From assembly GCA_017520365.1 (NCBI GenBank), contig JAFXFQ010000030.1, positions 1 through 24,353 of the forward strand: DNA of 24,353 bases, given 5' to 3'. Positions within the stretch are counted from its first letter, which is position 1. Each line of letters starts with the position of its first letter. The notes under the pieces are model-generated. The model did no database searches, was not told the origin of the DNA, and was given only the letters and a program-made list of their open reading frames with translations. The translations under genes were made by a program, and so were the position numbers. Shown here one piece after another: positions 1 to 6,999 of this stretch. The DNA comes from Clostridia bacterium. GTDB lineage: Bacteria; Bacillota; Clostridia; Oscillospirales; CAG-272.

Positions 1-79
1 ATTCCGAACACAGAAGTTAAGCTCTGTTATGCCGACAATACTTGGCTGGCGACGGCCCGGGAAGATAGGTCAACGCGAA
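1..79 (+). rRNA. rrf: 5S rRNA, copy 1 (5'-truncated by window edge)
   Basis: Contains 5S hallmark CCGAACACAGAAGTTAAGC; 1-79 is identical to 160-238 of the full copy. Confidence 0.93.
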
Positions 80-81
80 CA

Positions 82-108
82 CAAACGCTGGACACCGTCC
101 AGCGTTTG
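82..108 (+). other. Perfect 12-bp hairpin in the spacer between the two 5S copies (terminator-like or processing stem)
   Basis: CAAACGCTGGAC-ACC-GTCCAGCGTTTG; no clean U-tract follows, so function is uncertain. Confidence 0.55.
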
Positions 109-124
109 ACATTTAATTAAAAAA

Positions 125-238
<114 letters not shown>

Positions 239-241
239 TAT

Positions 242-317
<76 letters not shown>

Positions 318-323
318 CAAAAG

Positions 324-350
324 AAGGAACGCTTAAGCGTTCCTTTTTTT
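324..350 (+). terminator. Intrinsic terminator after tRNA-Asn
   Basis: Palindrome AAGGAACGCTT/AAGCGTTCCTT (324-345) running into a T7 tract. Confidence 0.85.
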
Positions 351-373
351 GTGCCTTTCTCCCGCTGTGCCCG

Positions 374-538
374 AATGAGTGATACCCGAGTATCACTCAT
401 TGCTCACCGACTGAGCGAGCGAAGGAGGTAGGCGAGCGAGCAAAATGATCCGGTGAATCATTTTGCGACGGGAGGTAACTGAAATAGGGAGTATCGGAAG
501 GCGAGTGTACCGAGCCGCCCGAGACGACCATATTTCAG
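374..538. repeat. Cluster of inverted repeats downstream of the tRNA terminator (REP-like, function unknown)
   Basis: AATGAGTGATAC-CCGA-GTATCACTCATT (374-401); GCAAAATGAT-CCGGTGA-ATCATTTTGC (440-466); CTGAAATA...TATTTCAG (479-486/531-538); GAGCGAGC/GCGAGCGAGC direct motifs between them. Confidence 0.5.
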
Positions 539-830
539 GAAGTCGCCTGCACTTGCTTTGAATTCAATTTGAACGAACGGAGTCTGAATTTATTACCGTG
601 GAATACACCTCTTCATTTGAGTTTAGGGGGATTATATGCCTCTCCCTGCCGTCATAACAAAGCGAAATCTTCACGTTCAGTATTTGTTAGCTTATTTTAT
701 AAGAATTTGTGATGAAACTATGGCAAATTCTTTCACGTTTCAAGATTGGGGTCGTTTATCGAAACAGCAGTTTCGCATGTAAGATGTAATTTTGTTTGCT
801 AACTGCGTCTTGTTAATTAAGAGCATTGTC

Positions 831-859
831 TTGAAATATGTAAAACGGTGTGATATAAT
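831..859 (+). promoter_or_regulatory. sigmaA-type promoter with extended -10 for the dockerin gene
   Basis: TTGAAA (831-836), 17-nt spacer, TGaTATAAT (851-859); a second TGtTATAAT at 862-870; RBS AGGAGG at 885-890. Confidence 0.75.
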
Positions 860-894
860 CATGTTATAATATTATTGCATTTATAGGAGGAGAA

Positions 895-3366
895 ATGATG
901 AAAAGCTTAAAACGGGTAATATGTTTGATTTTAGCGATATTGATACTGTTGTCAAATACAATAATTTCTATATCTGCGGTGGAATCGGATGAATCGCAGA
1001 CTGAAGAAACTACAACTGTTTCTTCGAAAAAATTGCTGTACAGATATAGAAAAAAACAATATGCTTACACATATCATATTGATTCTTCTTCGTATTATAG
1101 TGATTGGACTGTCTATAAAAAAGAAGCTATAAATGAACGCATTAAGACTTTGTATAATGTAGTACCTACAGACATTGGCGGAAAGAGTCTCTTGGAGTGG
1201 AAAGACACTTATCCTATTCCAGACTTTTCAATAGAGCTAAAAGAACTTGATCTGCCGTATAATTATGGATATGTGTACAATAAAAGACAGGATGGAAGCG
1301 GTTATAATTACTATCTAACATATCCGTTAAGTAGTACAAACGGGGTCGGATCAAAATGTTATTATAATGATATCGTTGGTTATGTATATTATGTTGGTAC
1401 TGTGTCCAAATTATATGATTTTTTCTTGTATGCCAAAAACAAGTATTACGTATGTAAATGGGGAGACTGGAGCGAATGGAGTGAAACTCCTGTCGTGGCG
1501 AACGATGAGATCGAGGTAGAAACCAAAGAAACTAATGTACTGTATAGAAGCAAAAAGAAGATATATACAACATCTGAAACTACATTAGGAGATCCATGGA
1601 CGTTATATAATACTGCAACAGAATACGAGCACAGTGGTTTGTCATCTGTTATGTTGAATAGTAATGAAAAATTAGATGAATCGTATTGTGTTCATAAGAA
1701 GGAGAGCGTGAGTAGGTATAGAACTGAGCGAGGACAGTATGTATATTTGACGTCTGATGAGTATTTAAACTATATTCTCAACCATGGTAACCTTGAAAGC
1801 GCATTTGATGGTTACAAATACGAATATACATATTGCACATCTAAAAAACCATATACAGTTTACTATTACTATATGTGGGGAAGTTGGAGCGAATGGAGCT
1901 ACAATCCCGTCACTGAAAACGATGATACAATTGTAGAAACAAAATACGCAACGATTTATATTACTTACGATGCCAACGGAGGCACAGGTGCTCCTGAAGC
2001 AATGACAAAGGAGTATGATGAGCCCATCAAGTTAAGCGAAACCGTTCCCACAAGAGAAAACCATCAATTCTTAGGATGGTCAACCTCTTTGGACGGTACT
2101 GTAGAATATGCACCCGGCGCAGAGTTTTCCGAAAATATAGACGTAACGTTGTTTGCGGTATGGAAGAACGTGACAGAATACAACATTACATTTGATGCAA
2201 ACGGAGGCACTGGTTGTCCTGATGGGCAGATAAAGATACATGATGAAGCTTTGATATTGAGCGATGTTGCTTCTGTACGAAAGGGCTTTACATTTATTGG
2301 ATGGTCGCAGGACAAAAATTCAAAAATTGCCGAGTATGTTCCCGGCGGAGAGTTTAACGTGAATGGAGACACTACTCTTTACGCAGTATGGGAAAAGGGA
2401 TGTGATGAGCCTCATTATTACGTAGAAACGATAGTAGAGCCTTCATGTAATTATGAAGGATTTACAATGCATATCTGTGTTTATTGCAATCACACCTACT
2501 CAGATAATTATGTTGAACCAATAGACCATATTGCAGAAATCCAGAACTATACAGCTCCAACCTGTGAGAATAACGGTTATTCTGGTGATACTGTATGCAC
2601 TGTATGCTCAGCTGTCATTGCAAACGGTGTCGTGATCCCCACCACCGGACACGATTATTCTGCTACCGTGATAGCTCCTACCTGTACAGAAGAGGGATAC
2701 ACTGAGAACTGTTGTAGCAATTGCGCTGATACTTACAAAGACAATTTTGTAGATATTATAGCTCATTGCTATATAGGTAGTGTTCTAAAATCCCCCACGG
2801 CTAATGCCAAGGGCGTCCTTGAGGCATCCTGTGAGTCTTGCGGTGATTACGTTACTGCGGTTCTGCCTGTGCTGAGTGGAGAGTCATACTCTATAATGGA
2901 ACAGTCTTCTCCCTCTTGCGAGGAAGAGGGGATTGTTGTTTACACCCTTAAAGATATGATTTATGGTGAAATAAAAATCGAGGTCGTAACTGAAAGTGCC
3001 GGACACAGCTATGATGCTGTTCTTGTTTCTCCCAGTTGCACAGAGAAAGGCTATACGGAGTATACCTGCACAAACTGCGGTGACAACTACGTTGGTGATG
3101 TGACCGAGGCTCTCGGTCACAGTTTTGACGGCGGAGCTTGTACCGTCTGCGGTGAGGCTTCGACCGATGATGGCGTTATAGGTGATGGCGACATTAATGG
3201 TGACGGTATAATTAACGCAATGGATACCAACGTTATGAAGCGTATCGTTGCGGGGCAGCTTATGGTATCTGACGAGGCATTACTTGCAGCCGACATCAAT
3301 GGTGACGGTAATGTTAACAGCATTGATGCAAACCTGCTTGTCAAGCGAATAGCAGGCGGGAAATAA
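895..3366 (+). CDS. Secreted multidomain dockerin-containing protein (2x WGxWSEWS modules, 2x InlB B-repeat/Flg_new-like, Cys/His-rich repeats, type I dockerin)
   Basis: Signal-peptide-like N-terminus (KRVICLILAILILLSNTIISISA); two WG(D/S)WSEWS..PV..ND..VETK motifs; two (Y/F)DANGGTG...F(L/I)GWS...L(F/Y)AVW repeats; several P(S/T)CxxxG..CxxC..H repeats; C-terminal paired GDINGDGIINAMD / ADINGDGNVNSID Ca-binding loops. Confidence 0.88.
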   Translation: MMKSLKRVICLILAILILLSNTIISISAVESDESQTEETTTVSSKKLLYRYRKKQYAYTYHIDSSSYYSDWTVYKKEAINERIKTLYNVVPTDIGGKSLLEWKDTYPIPDFSIELKELDLPYNYGYVYNKRQDGSGYNYYLTYPLSSTNGVGSKCYYNDIVGYVYYVGTVSKLYDFFLYAKNKYYVCKWGDWSEWSETPVVANDEIEVETKETNVLYRSKKKIYTTSETTLGDPWTLYNTATEYEHSGLSSVMLNSNEKLDESYCVHKKESVSRYRTERGQYVYLTSDEYLNYILNHGNLESAFDGYKYEYTYCTSKKPYTVYYYYMWGSWSEWSYNPVTENDDTIVETKYATIYITYDANGGTGAPEAMTKEYDEPIKLSETVPTRENHQFLGWSTSLDGTVEYAPGAEFSENIDVTLFAVWKNVTEYNITFDANGGTGCPDGQIKIHDEALILSDVASVRKGFTFIGWSQDKNSKIAEYVPGGEFNVNGDTTLYAVWEKGCDEPHYYVETIVEPSCNYEGFTMHICVYCNHTYSDNYVEPIDHIAEIQNYTAPTCENNGYSGDTVCTVCSAVIANGVVIPTTGHDYSATVIAPTCTEEGYTENCCSNCADTYKDNFVDIIAHCYIGSVLKSPTANAKGVLEASCESCGDYVTAVLPVLSGESYSIMEQSSPSCEEEGIVVYTLKDMIYGEIKIEVVTESAGHSYDAVLVSPSCTEKGYTEYTCTNCGDNYVGDVTEALGHSFDGGACTVCGEASTDDGVIGDGDINGDGIINAMDTNVMKRIVAGQLMVSDEALLAADINGDGNVNSIDANLLVKRIAGGK

Positions 3367-3381
3367 ATAGATTATATAATC

Positions 3382-3424
3382 AAAAAAACAGTCTGTTGCC
3401 TAAAAAAGACAACAGACTGTTTTT
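3382..3424. terminator. Bidirectional intrinsic terminator between the convergent dockerin gene and lysA
   Basis: AAAAACAGTCTGTTG-loop-CAACAGACTGTTTTT, with A tract on the left and T tract on the right. Confidence 0.85.
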
Positions 3425-4718
3425 ACATATCGTTTCTTATAAGATCCTCGTATGTCTCCCTCTTTACCGCAACGTAGCTTTCGCCGTTTTTCAGCATTAC
3501 TACAGGGGGGCGGGGAATACGGTTATAGTTTGAGGCCATGGAGTAATTATATGCGCCTGTTACAAGAACTGCAAGATAGTCGCCACGCTCAGGTGTTACG
3601 AGAGCAACGTCCTCTTGGATAAGGTCACCGCTTTCGCAGCAGCGGCCCGCGATGGTTGCAACAAGATCGGGCTTTTTATCCGCTTTGTTGGCGATAAGGC
3701 AGGTATAGTCGGATTCGTAAAGGGCATATCTGGGGTTATCGGGCATACCGCCGTCGATGGAAACGTAGCTCTTATATCCGGTGATGGTCTTTACGCTGCC
3801 CACAGAATAAACGGTAAGTCCGGAATCCGCTACGATGCTGCGGCCCGGCTCCATAAGGATGGCGGGCTTTTTGATATCAAGATCGCAGCAGAGTCTGTCA
3901 ATTACGCCTGCAAGCCCCTTGATATTCTCACGGTAGTCGATAACGGGGTCGGCATCTGTATATCTGACTCCGAAGCCGCCGCCAAGATTGAGCACCTCTG
4001 TTGTAAAGCTGAGTGTGTCCCTAAGCTCTTTTATAAATCTAAGCATTATCTCGGCCGCATCTGCAAAGGATTCATACTCAAATATTTGTGATCCGATATG
4101 ACAGTGGAAGCCTTTGAGCGATACGTTTTCAAGGCTGAGGGTGTATCTGCAAAGCTCCAACGCCTGGCCTGTTTCAATAGCAGTGCCGAACTTTGAGTCT
4201 ACCTTTCCCGTGGATATCTTTTTCTGAGTGTGGGGGTCTATTCCCGGGGAGAGACGAAGAAGTATTTTCTGAGTGATGCCCTTTTTTTCGGCGATCCGCT
4301 CAATCGCATCAAGCTCCTCGCGGTTGTCAACGATAAAGTAGCCAACGCCTGAATCAATAGCGTATTCTATATCCGAATCGGTCTTATTATTTCCGTGGAA
4401 ATAAGCGTTTTCGAGGGGAAAGCCTGCAGCCTTTGCGGTATAAAGCTCGCCGGGGGAGACAAGGTCTGTTGCCATGCCCTCCTCCTTGATTATTTCATAG
4501 AGCTTCTTGAAGCAACAGGATTTGCTTGCAAGAAGGGGCTTTGAACCCTCAGGCATAAACTCTCTCATTGCATCTATATAGGTGCGTGCATTATGTCTGA
4601 TTCGTTCCTCGTCCATAAGGAAGACGGGGGTGCCGTAGCTCTTTGCAAGGGTGCAAACATCTTGACCTGCAAGGCAGAGATGGCCTTTGTTATTTATTGA
4701 AAGGTTTGAGTGAAGCAT
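3423..4718 (-). CDS. lysA: Diaminopimelate decarboxylase
   Basis: PLP Lys region LLASKS, HCHIGSQ, LNLGGGFG, MEPGRSIV, GRCCESGD, TGAYNYSMASNYN; in operon with dapA/dapB. Confidence 0.95.
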   Translation of the reverse strand: MLHSNLSINNKGHLCLAGQDVCTLAKSYGTPVFLMDEERIRHNARTYIDAMREFMPEGSKPLLASKSCCFKKLYEIIKEEGMATDLVSPGELYTAKAAGFPLENAYFHGNNKTDSDIEYAIDSGVGYFIVDNREELDAIERIAEKKGITQKILLRLSPGIDPHTQKKISTGKVDSKFGTAIETGQALELCRYTLSLENVSLKGFHCHIGSQIFEYESFADAAEIMLRFIKELRDTLSFTTEVLNLGGGFGVRYTDADPVIDYRENIKGLAGVIDRLCCDLDIKKPAILMEPGRSIVADSGLTVYSVGSVKTITGYKSYVSIDGGMPDNPRYALYESDYTCLIANKADKKPDLVATIAGRCCESGDLIQEDVALVTPERGDYLAVLVTGAYNYSMASNYNRIPRPPVVMLKNGESYVAVKRETYEDLIRNDM

Positions 4719-4731
4719 TGGTGATATATCC

Positions 4732-5466
4732 TTAACCGTTGATAAGGTCGTACATATTGTAAAGTCCGGCCTCTCTGCCTTTAATGAAGCGGGCCGCGCT
4801 TACGGCGCCCTCTGCAAATACCGCACGGGAGTGGGCATTGTGCTTGAGGGAGAGAGTCTGGAAGTCTGTTGAGATAATGACCTCGTGCATACCGGGCTCA
4901 TTACCGCATCTGAGAGAGTGGATACCGATTTCCTCGGGGGCTCTTTTGGACATACCGTGGCGGCCGAAAACGTATCTGGATTCGGGGCGCACTTCCTTGA
5001 CGGTATCCGCCAGCATAAGTGCGGTGCCGCTGGGAGCATCCAGCTTTCTGTTGTGGTGTGCCTCGACTATCTCGATGTCTGCCTCGGGGAAGAGCGCCGC
5101 GGCTCTTTTAGCAAAATCGCAAAGGGTCGCAATGCCGAGAGACATATTTGCAGAATAGAATACGGGTACAGAATTTGCCGCCTCGCGGATAAGGTTCTTT
5201 TCCTCGTCTGTGTGACCTGTAGTGCACATTACGAGAGGAAGTGAGCGGCTGAGGGCGTATGCAATTACCTCTTTGGTGAGGGAATGGTGAGAAAAATCGA
5301 TGATAACGTCGGCCTCTCCCTTGAAATCTGAAAGATGGTGAAGCTCAATATCGTTGGCAAGCTTGTCCACCTCTGCTGTAAGAGTTGCACTGCCGTCGCC
5401 GGAAAGAAGAAGCTCGCGGACCTCTCTTCCCATTCTGCCGCCGGCACCGTAAAGTATGATCCTCAT
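4732..5466 (-). CDS. dapB: 4-hydroxy-tetrahydrodipicolinate reductase
   Basis: GAGGRMG nucleotide-binding motif, IDFS, CTTG, SANMSLG, EAHHNRKLDAPSGTA signature. Confidence 0.96.
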   Translation of the reverse strand: MRIILYGAGGRMGREVRELLLSGDGSATLTAEVDKLANDIELHHLSDFKGEADVIIDFSHHSLTKEVIAYALSRSLPLVMCTTGHTDEEKNLIREAANSVPVFYSANMSLGIATLCDFAKRAAALFPEADIEIVEAHHNRKLDAPSGTALMLADTVKEVRPESRYVFGRHGMSKRAPEEIGIHSLRCGNEPGMHEVIISTDFQTLSLKHNAHSRAVFAEGAVSAARFIKGREAGLYNMYDLING

Positions 5467-5480
5467 GATAATATTACCTC

Positions 5481-6368
5481 TCAGCCGATAAGTCCGTGAG
5501 TTCTCATGATGGCATACATCTTTTCGGCCTTTGCCTCATCCATTTCTGTGAGGGGGAGACGGAGGCTGTTTTCGCAGAAGCCCATCTTTGCCATTGCTGC
5601 CTTTACGGGGATGGGGTTTACCTCGGAGAAGAGAGCATCAATGATGGAGTGATACTTGTACTGGAGCTTTGCAGCGCCTGCAACGTCGCCTGCGAAGAAC
5701 CTCTCGCAGATTTCACAGGTTTCACGGGGCATAATGTTGGAGAGCACTGAGATCGCACCAACGCCGCCGAGAGACATAAGGGGTACGATCTGGTCGTCGT
5801 TGCCGGAGTAGAGGTCAAGCTTTTCGTGAACGTAGTGCATTGTCTCAACGATCTTGGAAAGGTTGCCGTTTGCCTCCTTAATACCGACGATGTTTTCGTG
5901 GTCAGCAAGAATTCTGTATGTGTCGGGCTCGATATTTACGCCTGTACGGGAAGGCACGTTGTAAAGGATAACGGGCGCTGTGGATTTGTCTGCGATCTGG
6001 GTAAACATTTTAACAAGACCCTTCTGGGTTGCCTTGTTGTAATATGGGGTAACTACGAGAACTGCGTCAGCACCTGCCTCGCATGCGCATCTGGTAAGGT
6101 CAAGTGCATATCCTGTATCGTTGGAGCCTGTTCCGGCAATGATCGGCACACGGCCGTTGGCGCGCTTAACTGCATAAGCAATGGCGTCGCGGTGCTCATC
6201 GTCAGTAAGAGTTGATGCCTCGCCGGTTGTGCCGGCGATAACGAGTCCGTTGATGCCGCTTTCGATCTGCCAGTCGATAAGCTTTCCGAACTGATCATAG
6301 TTGATGCCGTCCTCGTTAAAGGGTGTGATCAGGGCTGTTGCGATACCCTTGAAAATTGTCTTTTTCGT
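5481..6368 (-). CDS. dapA: 4-hydroxy-tetrahydrodipicolinate synthase (start uncertain: ACG at 6368 best placed; open frame extends to TTG at 6416)
   Basis: GTTGEA, GTGSNDT, TPYYNK, LYNVPSRT, GIKEA Schiff-base Lys, NPIPVKAA. Confidence 0.96.
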   Translation of the reverse strand, partial: TKKTIFKGIATALITPFNEDGINYDQFGKLIDWQIESGINGLVIAGTTGEASTLTDDEHRDAIAYAVKRANGRVPIIAGTGSNDTGYALDLTRCACEAGADAVLVVTPYYNKATQKGLVKMFTQIADKSTAPVILYNVPSRTGVNIEPDTYRILADHENIVGIKEANGNLSKIVETMHYVHEKLDLYSGNDDQIVPLMSLGGVGAISVLSNIMPRETCEICERFFAGDVAGAAKLQYKYHSIIDALFSEVNPIPVKAAMAKMGFCENSLRLPLTEMDEAKAEKMYAIMRTHGLIG

Positions 6369-6418
6369 ATGTTGTATCTCCTTGACCCGAGGGTCTGTAA
6401 ATTTTTCAAATGGCAATT

Positions 6419-6440
6419 AAAAAAGCCGACAGCGGTCGGC
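6419..6440 (-). terminator. Intrinsic terminator/attenuator of the lysine riboswitch expression platform
   Basis: Minus strand GCCGAC-CGCT-GTCGGC-TTTTTT between the aptamer and dapA. Confidence 0.8.
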
Positions 6441-6467
6441 AAATAAAACTCCACCTAGGGTGGGTTT

Positions 6468-6628
6468 TGATAGCTCTCCGCCAAAAGCGACAGTCGGAGC
6501 GATCTTATTCGCTCAAACCGGCACAGACGAGACCGCCGTCTGCCCTCGGCGCATGCCCCTTTCCTGCGGACAACGGGTGGTCGACCCTATCCCGTCCGCC
6601 ATACTTTTGACAGTACGCACCTCTACCG
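6468..6628 (-). promoter_or_regulatory. Lysine riboswitch (L-box) aptamer
   Basis: Minus strand GGTAGAGGTGC...AAAAGTA...GGAAAGGGG...GCCGAG...ACTGTC...GGAGAGCTATC; P1 GGTAG/CTATC; internal stems GCAGACG/CGTCTGT and GAGCGA/TCGCTC; lies upstream of dapA-dapB-lysA. Confidence 0.93.
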
Positions 6629-6635
6629 ATAAGTG

Positions 6636-6664
6636 AGTATATCACACAGCCTTTCTGCTGTCAA
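6636..6664 (-). promoter_or_regulatory. sigmaA-type promoter of the riboswitch/dap-lys operon
   Basis: Minus strand TTGACA (6664-6659), 17-nt spacer, TGaTATACT (-10 at 6641-6636), just upstream of the aptamer. Confidence 0.85.
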
Positions 6665-6735
6665 TAATTATTGCAATTCTTTCATATTAATTATTTAAAT
6701 TTCACCGAAAATGTGAAATCACAAAACCAATCGCC

Positions 6736-6909
6736 AAATCGTAGTTTGAAGTTTTATTAATGCAAAGGACTTTTTTCAAAAAAGTCCTCTGCACTCCCAA
6801 AAACCTTTTAAAAAAGGAGAAAAAACAAAAAATATTCCTTTTTTAAAGTTTTTTGCGGAGCTTTTTTTCAAAAAAGCGACCGTATCTCCTATCCTTCAAA
6901 CACCGATTT
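6736..6909. repeat. Dispersed modular palindromic element, copy 1 (MITE/REP-like, 174 bp)
   Basis: Terminal IR AAATCGTAGTTTGAAG / CTTCAAACACCGATTT (14/16); two T6-7-C-A6 hairpins; 6818-6846 is the exact 29-nt reverse complement of 14881-14909. Confidence 0.8.
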
Positions 6910-6965
6910 ATCGTATTGTTTATAATAAAAACTCAAAGCTATGGGGCTTTGTTCCTTTGTCTCCC

Positions 6966-6993
6966 TTGACTTTTTTTGTTATGATGATAAAAT
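6966..6993 (+). promoter_or_regulatory. Putative sigmaA-type promoter for the DUF2079-GH1 unit
   Basis: TTGACT (6966-6971), 16-nt spacer, TGaTAAAAT (6985-6993). Confidence 0.6.
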
Positions 6994-6999
6994 ATACGT

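Noticed and set aside
6410-6610. 66-aa plus-strand ORF
   Set aside because: Antisense to the lysine riboswitch, which explains the region.
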